DNA from: Macrostomum lignano
Taxonomy: Eukaryota
Assembly (NCBI GenBank): GCA_002269645.1
Contig: NIVC01003514.1
Span: forward strand, 30,071-94,070
DNA length: 64,000 bases
Direction: 5' to 3'
Part shown: piece by piece, positions 14,392 through 29,682 of the stretch
Layout: each line of letters begins with the position of its first letter
Position numbering within the stretch: the stretch's first letter is position 1
Translations under genes and position numbers: made by a program
Notes under the pieces: generated by a model
What the model saw: only the letters and a program-made list of their open reading frames with translations
Told to the model about the DNA's origin: nothing
The model's database searches: none

Positions 14392-14765
14392 GACTGACTG
14401 ACTGACTGACTGACTGACTGACTGACTGACTGACTGACTGACTGACTGACTGACTGACTGACTGACTGACTGACTGACTGACTGACTGACTGACTGACTG
14501 ACTGACTGACTGACTGACAGACTAACTGACTGACTGACTGACTGACTGACTGACTGACTGACTGACTGACTGACTGACTGACTGACTGACTGACTGACTG
14601 ACTGACTGACTGACTGACTGACTGACTGACTGACTGACTGACTGACTGACTGACTGACTGACTCACTGACTGACTCACTGACTGACTCACTGACTGACTG
14701 ACTGACTGACTGACTGACTGACTCACTGACTGACTCACTGACTGACTCACTGACTGACTTACTGA
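14392..14765 (+). repeat. (CTGA)n microsatellite
   Basis: Directly visible. Confidence 0.97.
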
Positions 14766-15490
14766 CTTCCTTAATTTTTTCCTTAACTCTTAATTCGTGG
14801 TCTATGGCTAAATGCACTGGCGATTAATGAATTATCAATAAAAACTATCAAGTTGATAATCTAATCACACACTACACCAGAAAGAATATAAGTCGATGTT
14901 TTTATTTTCAAGTAAAATGTTACGACGGCTACTTGCAAATCTACTATTCCTAATCATATCGGGGCATCTTATTATTGGTAAGTATACTGTACAGGTATTT
15001 ACATGTAATCTCAAAAATGTGTTTTTTTATTATCAGCTAACTCAAGGCTGCTGTAGTTTGTCGTTGTTGAAGGCCAAGGAGAAAAACAATTGTTTTTTCA
15101 ACGACCATCAACCCGCACAGCAACACTGGCTGCATCCGACACGGAATCTGACCTGTCACAAATGGCCAAGAAATTGGATCCGTTCGCTCTGCTGATGTAT
15201 CTGCACGCGTCGCAGTCGAGAACAATCCAGGCCAATAAGCCGCCTTGAGCAGTGCCTGTCTGCGTCTACTTCCCTCGCTCTGCGTGTCAAATTGGCTTCA
15301 TCAGATGCTGAGAGCTCCTGTCAGTTAATTCTCGTAACCCCTTGACTTTCGCAGCAATATGACGATGAGACTTATGCTATACGCCTTAATTTCTAAGTAA
15401 GGAGTATGATTTATAATTGACTTGTACGTATTAAATATAGTCAGATATCTGAGCACATACATGTACATGTCTAGCATGTCTAGCAAACGG

Positions 15491-16516
15491 TTAGTTGTTG
15501 TTCAACTCCTTCACAATCTCGTCGATCTCCTTGCTCTCGGTAAGCAAGTGCTTGAAGGTTGTCGGCTTTGTGGATCCGCGCTTGACTGATTCGTTGGACT
15601 GTCGTGACTGCTGCATGAAATGAAGCGGAGCCTGCAGAGCAACTTTAGTACCGTGAGCAGCCGGCAGGCTCACTCTGAGCTTCTCAATCTCCCTGAGCAA
15701 TGCGGCGTTGCGCTGATTGGCTGCGCTCAGCTGCTCCAGAGCGGTCATCTTCTCGAGCTCCTCGATGTCCATTGCTTTCACCAGCTGGCTCAGTGACTCG
15801 TCCGTCAGAGGCACCGAGATTGAGCCGGTTGCCTGCGCCTGAGAACAGTTTTAATTTCAGCTCCAGTGGTCAAGGATCTGTTTGTTTGCTAGTTAGTGCT
15901 AGTTTAGGGGCTGGGGGTGGAGGCAGTTCAGTGATAAACGAATCTGACTCTCGCACTAACGACTCCTGGTTTGATTCCCCGCATTACTTTGGGTTATCAG
16001 AGTGTACATGTCTGACGATTAGACAGTCGGATGGCCGCTGTACCCTCCTGTGTGAGTTTGTGTATGAATGCGTGCTCAGGAGGCAGCGGAATGGGCAAAG
16101 AACTGTTCCTGACGTGTCAAATTGGTAGAGTTCTGCGAATATTTACATTCGTTTCATAAAGATCGTTTGTAAATCAGTGCCAATTCCGTCTAATACTCGT
16201 ACTGTAGTGCAATGTACTTAGCAGAAGTGTTTACCAACGCGACTTGTATTTGAGTATAGCAGTGACTGCGTTAAATAACGGTCATTCTCACCTGTTCCAA
16301 TTCGATAGAGGAAAAGTAAGCTCGCTCAACTGTGCTGAGCTGGGCTGGCCTCCGACAGATGGGGCAGGTGGGGCTTCTCCGCAGCCAGTTGTAGACGCAG
16401 TTGTGAAAGACGTGCTTGCAACCGGTCAGAATCACACAGTCGGTGGTGCTATCGAATTTTTCACCACAGATTGTGCAGCACAGCTCGTTTCTGCTTTGTA
16501 GTCTGGACTGTTGCAT
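15491..16516 (-). CDS. TRAIP-like RING/coiled-coil protein, paralog A. Exons 16516-16292 and 15838-15491
   Basis: RING CTIC...GCKHVFHNC...CPIC. Phase-0 donor CAG|GTGAGA at 16292/16291 and acceptor TTCTCAG| at 15839/15838. The spliced product is colinear with the intronless paralogs (PLTDxxLSQLxKAxDIEE). Confidence 0.8.
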
Positions 16517-16938
16517 GTCTTTGGAATGAAGTCTAGTTTTGACTCTACATCTAAGCGAATAGCGTTAAGTTCGAGCTGGATTCTTTAGAACTCAATTTAG
16601 CTAGAAGTACCTTATAGTTGGCCTCAAACAGCTGCTATCTGTGACAGTTTCTGTCTCAGGCTAGGGTCAATGTACAGCATTCTTTCATTTAGCTTAGTCT
16701 ATTGTGCTACATGTACAATAAGGCTTATTTAGGCTTTTTCAAAGCAACGAAAGAACAACAGTGTTCACGCAAAAAGTCTGACTGCGTTTAACTACGTAAG
16801 ATGTATTTTAACTCTTTTAACATCCGTATGAAAGTAAAGTTTCTGGGCTGTTTTCTGTCGTGAGAGTAGCTATAATTTTCAATCATATTCTTGTAAACTG
16901 TGCTATGTTTTAACTACCAACTCGGGAGGAATTGGGGA

Positions 16939-17175
16939 GGGGTTGTAGCCTTAGCGGTTAGAGCGTCGGACTCATGACTTGAAGGTTGGGGTTCGATTCC
17001 CGATCGCACTGAACCAATTTGTGTCCTTAAGCAGGACACTTACCTCTGCATTGCTTCAGTTCACCCAGCTGTAAAATGGGTGCCAGCATTAGCTGGGGTA
17101 GTTGAGGTTGTGTGCGGCGGCCTCCCAGTCCTTAGACCGAACAGCCATCAGCCCTAAAAGCCAGCCATCTAGGCT
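16939..17175 (+). mobile_element. tRNA-derived SINE, copy 2
   Basis: A box TAGCCTTAGCGG and B box GGTTCGATTCC, then GTGTCCTTAAGCAGGACACTTACCTCTGCATTGCTTCAGTTCACCCAGCTGTAAAATGGG. Confidence 0.8.
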
Positions 17176-17819
17176 AATCAGCATCCCCTTTGAGCTTTAG
17201 CATGGAACCCCCCCCCCCTTAAACACATGGCTTAACTCTAACTCTCCCTTCGATGCTTGACCCACCAGCAACTCCCAATGAACCCTCTGACATCTGCGCG
17301 ACCCCCATAAGCCTTGATTACTCAACAATTCTCCACGCGAACCTTGAAAACTTTGTTAACCTTGCTAAAATTCCATGTTTGATTCCGGGAAAATATTTAT
17401 TTATGTAGATAGACGCACCTCAAATGTTTTAAAACAATGACTGAATGTAGTTAAATGAAAGTATCTATTACAAACATTATAGCTCGTATTTTCTTGGATC
17501 AAAACAAGTATCAGGCAAGCTAGAATTATAGAAAATTCAGTGGATTTGCATCGAATTTTAATTCACAGATAATTATTTTCGGGTGTAAGAAGGTTGGATT
17601 GAAAGTATTATACAACAGATAAAATCAATGTGACGTTAATCAACGCGTTCTTCTAACTGTGATTTAAAAATTCTTACTTTACCTGGTTACACATATAGTC
17701 TTCAAGCAGATGAATGTAGACATAATTCCCTTATGAAAAATTTATATGAGTTCATCTAGGAAAAAACGCGCAATTGATTTATTTGAAATTCGAAAGTTCA
17801 GAAGTTGAAGTAATTTAAC

Positions 17820-18605
17820 TCATTTTTTTGCTTCCACCACGACCACCAGCTTCTGAGTTGCTTCATACAGTTTTCTCTGCTTTTCCACCGCATTTCGAAC
17901 GTCTTCCGTATTTATTCTAGCATCAGCGTGTCTTTTAGCTGCCGTCGCTTTATCTTTCCTTACTTCTTCTAGCCGTTGATTTGCCGAGGCCAACGCTTGC
18001 GCATTCATCGAATTCTTAGATCCATTGTACTCCTCTAAAACCATGTCATGTATCGCAGACTTGCTTTCAGAGTCTCCCTCGGCGTCCATTTCTTCCTGCT
18101 CTGCTAGCACCAAATTTTCTAGCAAACCATTCAAACGAGATTTCTGCTCTTTAACCTGGCGGGTTTTTTCATCCAGTGCCTCTGATTTTTTGCTTTCGGA
18201 CGTGGCAACGCACGAGTCTCTAGGCTTGACCTTGTCCAGCTCTTTCATCAGGGCTTTGTTGTTTGAGTTGGCCGCACTCAGCTCCTCAAGCGCAACAGCC
18301 TTCTCTTGCTCTTCAATGTCCAGTGCCTTCATCAGCTGGCTCAAAAAGTTGTCGGTCAGTGGTAGCGACGTGGAACCTCTGTCTCTGGATTGCTGCAGTT
18401 CCACAGCAGAAAAGAAGACCTGCTTAACTGACTCGGGCGATGCAGCTTGTCGACACAGCGGACAGGTGCGATTATTTTGGAGCCAATTAGTGACACACTT
18501 GTGAAAGACGTGCTTGCAGTTTGGCAGGATCACACAGTCGCTGTTGCTGTCGAACTGGTCGCTACAGATAGTGCAGGTGAGGCCATTGTAGTTGCTGGTT
18601 GCCAT
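17820..18605 (-). CDS. TRAIP-like RING/coiled-coil protein, paralog B (261 aa, intronless)
   Basis: ATG-to-stop ORF with N-terminal CTICSDQFD...CKHVFHKC...CPLC and a charged heptad-rich C-terminus. Confidence 0.85.
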   Translation of the reverse strand: MATSNYNGLTCTICSDQFDSNSDCVILPNCKHVFHKCVTNWLQNNRTCPLCRQAASPESVKQVFFSAVELQQSRDRGSTSLPLTDNFLSQLMKALDIEEQEKAVALEELSAANSNNKALMKELDKVKPRDSCVATSESKKSEALDEKTRQVKEQKSRLNGLLENLVLAEQEEMDAEGDSESKSAIHDMVLEEYNGSKNSMNAQALASANQRLEEVRKDKATAAKRHADARINTEDVRNAVEKQRKLYEATQKLVVVVEAKK

Positions 18606-19244
18606 ATTGATGTCACAGATTTAGCTGAAGGTTGTACGTGCGTAGCTATGTTTCTTAGCCGAGCAGACATGAAGTCGACATCGAATTTGCGATGCCAAGT
18701 TTTTAAGAGGCTGTTGCTGGACAGTTAATTTTTTTCGGACAATAAACTGCTTACATTTAAGCGTCTTTTGTATTACGGATGAGTTCTGCATCCGCGTCTT
18801 GGAAACATATTATTGGACAAGAATATTAGTAATAGCCCAATTATGCACGAATAAGTACAGAAAACGCTCAATAATTCTTATGCCTTCACCGAGAGATGAG
18901 TTTCTGTCCAGTAGACTCTATCACCTCTTGCTGTTTCGTCAGCATGAGAGTAGACTAAAAAAGAAAGTTCAAGACGAAATTAATAACGTGTTTTTCAGCT
19001 ACTTGAAGTAGTACGAATGTTTCCAGTGATAGCTGAATTTCCTAATAATTAACAAATTTATGTCTTTCTCTGACAAAACTGAGAATTATTTTTCGACGCA
19101 TAATACCGTGGTACAACACGAATAAAATGGTCAGTATGCTTTAAGCAATCTGTCTTGGGAGTGCAAAATCTATTATATTAAAATATACACTTAACAATAC
19201 CTAAAATTACACTCGTTCGTATGTACTACGATTATTTTTACAAA

Positions 19245-19496
19245 TCATTGGAAATCGATGGCCTCTATTAAGTGGTCAATAAGGAGCTTGGCCTCGCCCA
19301 CGATTGGCAGGGAGCCAAAAGCTGACTTCAGCCAGCTGCGCAGCTCGCAACCACGCAGTCCAGGCAACTGATCTGCTCCACCTGAGCGAAGCTGAGAGAG
19401 ATCTTTGTCTGATCCTTCTGGAGGTTTTGCAAACGCCTGCGACACTGCGGACAAGTTTGGCTCTGCTTGAACCACTCCAGAAGTAAGCCAAATCAT
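19245..19496 (-). pseudogene. Decayed TRAIP-like remnant (RING tail fused to C-terminal segment, with stops and indels)
   Basis: One frame reads LEWFKQSQTCPQCRRRLQNLQKDQTKISLSF, matching the 34216 gene (GEWFKQSQTCPQCRRRLRNPQKDQLKIYLSF). Another frame reads SAFGSLPIVGEA, matching that gene's last exon (SSFGSLPILPIVGEA). Confidence 0.8.
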
Positions 19497-19574
19497 ATCG
19501 CCAAAATGACCCAGATGGTATACATGAATAGCTCAGTACAATTCTGATACCATAAATGTTTATGACTTGAAGTT

Positions 19575-21200
19575 CAAATTGGATTGCTGTGACACCGAAG
19601 CTCAAAGTGGATTGCTGTGAGATGACACACAGAAGCTCAAAGTGGATTGTTGTGACAGAGAAGCTCAAAGGGGATTGCTGTGACACCGAAGCTCAAAGGG
19701 GATTGCTGTGACACCGACGCTCAAAGCGGATTGCTGTGATATGACACACAGGAGCTCAAATTGGATTGCTGTGACACAGAAGCTCAAAGTGGATTGTTGT
19801 GACACAGAAGCTCAAAGCGGATTGCTGTGATATGACACACAGGAGCTCAAATTGGATTGCTGTGACACCGAAGCTCAAAGTGGATTGCTATGACACCGAA
19901 GCTCAAAGGGGATTGATGTGACACCGAAGCTCAAAGTGGATTGCTGTGACACCGAAGCTCAAAGTCGATTGCTGTGACACCGAAGCTCAAAGGGGATTGA
20001 TGTGACACCGAAGCTCAAATTGGATTGCTGTGACACCGAAGCTCAAAGGGGATTGATGTGACACCGAAGCTCAAAGTCGATTGCTGTGACACCGAAGCTC
20101 AAAGTGGATTGTTGTGACACAGAAGCTCAAAGCGGATTGCTGTGATATGACACACAGGAGCTCAAATTGGATTGCTGTGACACCGAAGCTCAAAGTGGAT
20201 TGCTATGACACCGAAGCTCAAAGGGGATTGATGTGACACCGAAGCTCAAAGTGGATTGCTGTGACACCGAAGCTCAAAGTCGATTGCTGTGACACCGAAG
20301 CTCAAAGGGGATTGATGTGAAACCGAAGCTCAAATTGGATTGCTGTGACACCGAAGCTCAAAGTCGATTGCTGTGACACCGAAGCTCAAAGTCGATTGCT
20401 GTGACACCGAAGCTCAAAGGGGATTGATGTGAAACCGAAGCTCAAATTGGATTGCTGTGACACCGAAGCTCAAAGTCGATTGCTGTGACACCGAAGCTCA
20501 AAGGGGATTGATGTGACACCGAAGCTCAAAGTGGATTGCTATGACACCGAAGCTCAAAGGGGATTGATGTGACACCGAAGCTCAAAGTCGATTGCTGCGA
20601 CACCGAAGCTCAAAGTCGATTGCTGTGACACCAAAGCTCAAAGTGGATTGTTGTGACATCGAAGCTCAAAGTCGATTGCTGTGACACCGAAGCTCAAAGG
20701 GGATTGATGAGACACCGAAGCTCAAAGTGGATTGATGTGACACCGAAGCTCAAAGGGGATTGATGTGACACCGAAGCTCAAAGTCGATTGCTGTGACACC
20801 GAAGCTCAAAGTCGATTGCTGTGACACCGAAGCTCAAAGTGGATTGTTGTGACATCGAAGCTCAAAGTTGATTGCTGTGACACCGAAGCTCAAAGTGGAT
20901 TGTTGTGACATCGAAGCTCAAAGTTAATTGCTGTGACACCGAAGCTCAAAGTGGATTGTTGTGACACCGAAGCTCAAAGTCGATTGCTGTGACACCGAAG
21001 CTCAAAGTCGATTGCTGTGACACCGAAGCTCAATGTGGATTGTTGTGACACCGAAGCTCAAAGTCGATTGCTGTGACACCGAAGCTCAATGTCGATTGCT
21101 GTGACACCAAAGCTCAAAGGGGATTTCTGTGACACAAAAGCTCAAAGGGGATTTCTGTGACATGACACACCGAAGCTAAAAGGGGATTTCTTTTGACACC
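19575..21200 (+). repeat. 28-bp minisatellite (TGTGACACCGAAGCTCAAAGTGGATTGC)n, about 57 copies
   Basis: Directly visible. Variants AAGTCG, AGGGG and TTGG recur in higher-order blocks. Confidence 0.95.
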
Positions 21201-22393
21201 AAAGTTCCATGTGGAGTGTGACGATGCTGCCAAAAAAACGTTGCGCTAGGGTATCAAAGTTCCAGCAAGTTCCTGTGAATAAATGGAGCATGCACATGAT
21301 ACGTATTCGGCGCGCACTCACAAAGGGTGTACGGACGTCCTGAGTTTCTCATTGTCAGACAGTGTCCACAGTCTTGCATCTTCTATACCGTATATAACTT
21401 ACTTAGCTCTCTGTCACGGCCTATGTGTCAGACTAGGGAGCCAGTCGTGTACTCGGCGCTTTAATTAGAGTCAATGTACGGTGCTTGTTTTTCATTTATT
21501 CCATTGAATACTATGATACCATAGGGTTAGGCATTTCAAAGGCAACAAAAATATTGTTCGTACAAAAATGTGCAGAAATTGGATGCGCTTGCTGTGTAGA
21601 ATACGTAACGATGTATAGATATTATTGCTTCTATAAAGCATGATGCAACGATGGATGTCATTCATGGATGCAACTCTAACGAGTTAAAGTGCCCGCAATT
21701 TCAATCTTCTACTTAAAGATCCGTACGAGTATGTCTCTGGGCTGCTTTTTGTGGGGAATCACTTTGCAATAATTATTTGTAAACTTGCGCTAGATTTTAG
21801 CCACTTAGGAGCGTATTGTCAGTTAGACATGCAGACAACAGCGAAATTTTAACGATAGAGAACATCACATAATTAAGGTCAACGTACTTTCGCTTAACTT
21901 CCACGTTCGATTGAAGCACAAAAGACGTATTATTTATGAAAATACATGTACTTTTAAAGCGTTGTATAATGTCTGCATGTAGCTAAAACTACAAAAATTA
22001 ATACCTTGTCAATTACAGAATTTTTGTCAAAACAAATTTAAATTAGGAATTGTCGAAAATTACACAGATTGTAAAAGAAAAGTCAGTAGATTTGTAATTT
22101 AATTTTAAAATGACAAATGATTTTATTGTAACGTTTATGATCACTCTTAACCCGCCGTTTTAACAATTCTTACTTTAACTAATCACAAAAAAGCTTGATT
22201 CATTTGCAATTCAAAGGTCAGAAGATGCAATAGCTACTGGGAATTTAGAGCTAAAAAACGGGCACTTTCTATGTCTTCAATGCGAGGGAAAATCAGCCCC
22301 AAATTTGAACAGATTGCGATAGAGAGCATTCTCCTAGTTTCTATTCTTTGTTGCCATGGCTCAAGAACAGAAATTTAACTCATTTTTTTGCTT

Positions 22394-23101
22394 TCACAAA
22401 AGCTCTTCTTCCACTGTCTTTCGAGCCTCTTCCGTGTTTTTTCTCGCCTCAGCGTGTCTTCTAGCTGCCGTCTCTGCTTCTTTCGTCACTTCTTCTAACA
22501 GTTGCGTTGCAGAAGCTAAATCTTGCTCGCCAACTGAATGCTGAGATCTATTATATTCTTCTAAAACCATGCCAAGTATCTCAAACTTTCCATTAGCGTC
22601 TTGCTTGGCGTCCATTTCTTGTTGCTCTGCAAGCTTCACATTTTGTAGCAAACCATTTAAACGAGATTTCTGCTCTTCAACTTGACTGGTGTTTTCATCC
22701 AGCGATGTGGCATCGCTAGGCTTGACCTTGTCCAGCTCTTTCATCAGAGCTTCATTGTTTGAGTTGGCTGCACTCAGCTCCTCAAGCGCAACAGCCTTCT
22801 CTTGCTTTGCAATGTCCAATGCCTTCATCAGCTGGCTCAAAAAGTTGTCGGTCAGTGGTAGCGACGTGGAACCTCTGTCTCTGGATTGCTGCAGTTCTAC
22901 AGCGGAAAAGAAGACCTGCTTAACTGACTCGGGCGATGCAGCTTGTCGACACAGGGGACAGGTGCGATTAGTTTGGAGCCAATTAGTGACACACTTGTGA
23001 AAGACGTGCGTGCAGTTGGGCAGGATCACACAGTCGCTGTTGCTGTCGAACTGGTCGCTGCAGATAGTGCAGGTGAGGCCATTGTAGTTGCTGGTAGCCA
23101 T
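22394..23101 (-). CDS. TRAIP-like RING/coiled-coil protein, paralog C (235 aa, intronless)
   Basis: Nearly identical to paralog B over the first ~128 aa, with a diverged coiled-coil tail. Confidence 0.85.
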   Translation of the reverse strand: MATSNYNGLTCTICSDQFDSNSDCVILPNCTHVFHKCVTNWLQTNRTCPLCRQAASPESVKQVFFSAVELQQSRDRGSTSLPLTDNFLSQLMKALDIAKQEKAVALEELSAANSNNEALMKELDKVKPSDATSLDENTSQVEEQKSRLNGLLQNVKLAEQQEMDAKQDANGKFEILGMVLEEYNRSQHSVGEQDLASATQLLEEVTKEAETAARRHAEARKNTEEARKTVEEELL

Positions 23102-23913
23102 GGATATAGTAGCTATGCTTGGTCAAAAAGAAAATGAAGAACTTTGTTGGCTCAAAGAGACTTTACTCGACCTAGCGATGCAGTTATAAGTTTTTAAGAG
23201 GCTCTTGCTGGGCAGTTAAAATTTTTCAGACATTACGCAGCTTTTACGAGCGTCTTTAGGTGTTCTTTTACATTCCGGATCTCTGCAATCCGCGTCTAGA
23301 ATGCATTCTATTGGACAAAATACGAGCAATAGCCCAAATATGCACAAAAAGTACAGACGACGCTCCAGAATTTTTTGCATCCGCCAAGAGATGATTTTGT
23401 GTCCAGTAGACTCTATCCTATTATTCGCTGTTTTCTCAGCAAGAAACAAAGCAAAACTGAAAGGTAAAGACGAAATTAATATTGCGTTTTTAAGCTACTT
23501 AAAGTATTGCCAGTAGTATTAGCTACTGAGACACCGAGTGATACAGAAGCTCAAAATAGACTGCTGTGAAGCTCCAAGTGGAGTGAGATAATATTGCCGA
23601 AGGTGTTGCACTAGGGTGTCCAAATTCCAGCAGGTTCCTTTGAACAAAATGAACAAGCACACGCATACGTACTCGTAGCCATATTCGGCCCGTGCACTCA
23701 CACAAGGTGTACAGAAGTCCTGAGCTTCTCATTGTCAGACAGTGTGCATTTGGATCTTATTTGACGTATATACTGTACCCTATAAATAGCTCTCTGTCAA
23801 GGCAGCTTCGTTGCAGACTAGGGAGCCAGTCGTGTACTCCGCGCTTTAGTTAGCTAATGTCAAATGTACTGCGTCTTTCATTTAGTCTGCTATGATAGCT
23901 ACTATGCGGTTAA

Positions 23914-26279
23914 CCACTTGTCTACGACAGAATTCCTTCCCCACATCTCTATCTTACCAAATGGCAAGCACTGCATGCCATAGACAATTTAGATCTGCGC
24001 TGTACACTTCGAATTTCAAAACAGTTGCTTTATTATGGACAGGCAAGAAAACACTTTCTCAACAGGAGAAGTGACATCTTTGACTGGAGAATAGTCTATG
24101 GCCAACCTAGAAAAAAGGCAAGAGGGAGGGAATACAGGCATGAAAAGTTAACTGCAAGAATTTTTACTGGTGCCTCCTTAGCTCACCACCCCAACTTACC
24201 AAATCTTACAATGCAAGCGGTCAGACAGCGACGGCAAGCAGCCAAGCAAGCCTTGCGAAACTTGGGCCTCGACAGCGAATCGAGCGATGAGTCGAGCGAT
24301 GACTCATTTTTCACTGCCGAGAGCGAGGGAGAGGACGGTGACGAAAATCAAGAAGGCAACGATGGACCGGAGGAAGACGATCAGGGAATGATGCACGATG
24401 ATTGGAGATCAGTAACTCCAGAGACTGATGCTCGAGCTAATTCCCTTCCCGAGTTCCTCGGGGCAAGCGGAGTCAATCCGGGATTCTCCGTACCTGCTGA
24501 TGTTGACGACGGCTGGACAGCCATTTTCGAGCAATTTTTACCCGATGAGTTGCTGCTTCAGATGTGCATGTGGACAAACAAGAGAGCGCAGCTGGATATT
24601 GCCAAGTTTCAAGAAGAACACGGAGATGATGAACTGCCTTACGGGCTCAGAACGTGGAAGCCCTGCACTGTTTCTGAGATGAAGAAGGTGATCGGCGTTA
24701 TATTATATACCGGAGTTGTACAGAAACCGGAGGTGACGGCTTACTGGTCCACGGACCCGTTTTACTTTCATCCCTACTTTCAAAGCATGAAGATGCTTCC
24801 TCGCTCGCGGTTTCAACAAATCATGTCATGGCTGCGTTGCTATGACTGTCTTGACTTCGACGCTGGTGATCCCTTGTGCAAGATCAGGCCGTTCCTAGAC
24901 ATGGTCCAGACAGTTTGCAAGAACAGCTACATGCCCGGTCAAAGCATTGCCGTTGATGAAGCGCTGCTGCTCTATAAAGGGAGGCTGATTTTTAAGCAGT
25001 ACATGCCCAACAAGAGAGCCAAGTTTGGCATCAAATTGTACTGCCTTGCAGAGTCTTCTACAGGCTACATGTGGAACTATCTGATACATTCAACCACCAT
25101 TGCGAATGAACAGTTCGGCAACGATGTGCCGCAGCTCTCAATCAGTGAGAGAGTCGTCGTAGAACTTTGTCGCGACATTCTGGACCTTGGATATCGGGTC
25201 TTTTGCGACAGTTGGTTTTCATCGGTGCGACTGGCCAAGTTCCTTCTGACCAGAGGAACAACCTTAACTGGGACCGTTCGCAAAGACCGAGGCGTTCCAC
25301 CGATTCTGCGAGATATGCTCTTGCAACCACCGAGTCATTCCTTTGCCCGACATGGTGACATCCTTGCTGTGAAGCTGGTTGACAGGCGAAGCTCAGGAAC
25401 AAAGACGGTCTATCTGTTGGACTCCGCTTCAACGGCTGCTAGCTCTTTGGTTAGCCGGGTACTGCGCGGTGGTGTGGAGCAGCAGCTGCTGAAGCCCAAC
25501 TCGGTTTTGCAATATAATCACAACATGGGAGGTGTGGATCGGATGGATGCCGCAGCCCAGCCTTACAGCGCATGCCGCCGAACGCACAAATGGTTCGTAA
25601 AGTTGGCGGTGTTTCTGCTACAGCAGCTGGTTCGCAACTCCTGGATTGTGTACCGACATCTAGGTGGATCCATGAGCTTTCTCAGCTACACTGAAAGGTG
25701 TGTAAAGCACTTGATTGAAAGCAGCGGAAATGGTCGATCGAGAGTTAAGCGTCAGGCTCTTCCCCGTCAGCCAGGCGAAATTCATCATCGGCTGGAAAAG
25801 CTACCCGCTACCGCAGCACAAGAACGGCCTACCAAGCGTTGCCGAGTTTGTTACCAGCGCAGACTGAAAAAGCGGACCGTCTACTTCTGCCAAGACTGTG
25901 ACGGTCAGCCTGGGCTTTGCCTGGAGCCGTGCTTCTTTGAGTGGCACTCGGCTAACTGATTGCTGGCGCTTTGCTGAAACTGTAATCGAACTGTTGCTAA
26001 AATTATTTTCATTCACTTGCATGCAGCTTCATTTGCCCTTATGTTCTTAAGATTTACCTTTGTGCATGCAATGTATGTCGTTTTCTATTTGTTTTGTGAC
26101 ACTCCGACGCAGTATGACAATACAAACAGTTTTTTGGCCTTGGCATGCATAGCATTCCATTTGGTTGAGTCAGACAATGATTCTGTCTAAACTCGCTTTC
26201 CCATCGACTTCAAATCTGTCTATGGTCAATTGACAGAATGAACGATGGCATGCACAGCATGCCACTGGTAATCATAAGG
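23914..26279 (+). mobile_element. piggyBac DNA transposon, full length, inserted at TTAA
   Basis: TTAA at 23910-23913 and 26280-26283. The paralogous empty site near 21520-21560 (GGGTTAGGCATTTCAAAGGCAAC) is colinear once the element is removed. Terminal repeats are degenerate (CCACTTGTCTACGA vs CCTTATGATTACCA), with subterminal TTACCA..TGGCA..TGCATGCCAT inverted matches. Confidence 0.85.
24025..25959 (+). CDS. piggyBac transposase (PGBD4-like), probable ATG at 24211
   Basis: DDD triad IAVDE / FCDSWF / GGVDRMD, KRAKFGIKLY motif, acidic N-terminus and C-terminal Cys-rich domain CRVC...CQDC...LCLEPCFFEWH. Confidence 0.92.
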   Translation: MLYYGQARKHFLNRRSDIFDWRIVYGQPRKKARGREYRHEKLTARIFTGASLAHHPNLPNLTMQAVRQRRQAAKQALRNLGLDSESSDESSDDSFFTAESEGEDGDENQEGNDGPEEDDQGMMHDDWRSVTPETDARANSLPEFLGASGVNPGFSVPADVDDGWTAIFEQFLPDELLLQMCMWTNKRAQLDIAKFQEEHGDDELPYGLRTWKPCTVSEMKKVIGVILYTGVVQKPEVTAYWSTDPFYFHPYFQSMKMLPRSRFQQIMSWLRCYDCLDFDAGDPLCKIRPFLDMVQTVCKNSYMPGQSIAVDEALLLYKGRLIFKQYMPNKRAKFGIKLYCLAESSTGYMWNYLIHSTTIANEQFGNDVPQLSISERVVVELCRDILDLGYRVFCDSWFSSVRLAKFLLTRGTTLTGTVRKDRGVPPILRDMLLQPPSHSFARHGDILAVKLVDRRSSGTKTVYLLDSASTAASSLVSRVLRGGVEQQLLKPNSVLQYNHNMGGVDRMDAAAQPYSACRRTHKWFVKLAVFLLQQLVRNSWIVYRHLGGSMSFLSYTERCVKHLIESSGNGRSRVKRQALPRQPGEIHHRLEKLPATAAQERPTKRCRVCYQRRLKKRTVYFCQDCDGQPGLCLEPCFFEWHSAN

Positions 26280-26292
26280 TTAAGCATTATAA

Positions 26293-29682
<3,390 letters not shown>

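Noticed and set aside
12620-15340. Possible multi-exon gene on the minus strand around the (CTGA)n array
   Set aside because: Some splice-like signals exist (GTAAGT near 14762, acceptor near 15330), but I could not assemble a continuous frame with homology.
16939-17010. tRNA gene (A and B boxes, CAT loop)
   Set aside because: There is no matching 3' acceptor stem, it continues into a shared SINE body, and three diverged copies exist. It is a SINE head.
11810-21200. 28-30-bp regularly spaced repeats as a CRISPR array
   Set aside because: The units are contiguous with no unique spacers, no cas genes are present and the context is eukaryotic. These are minisatellites.
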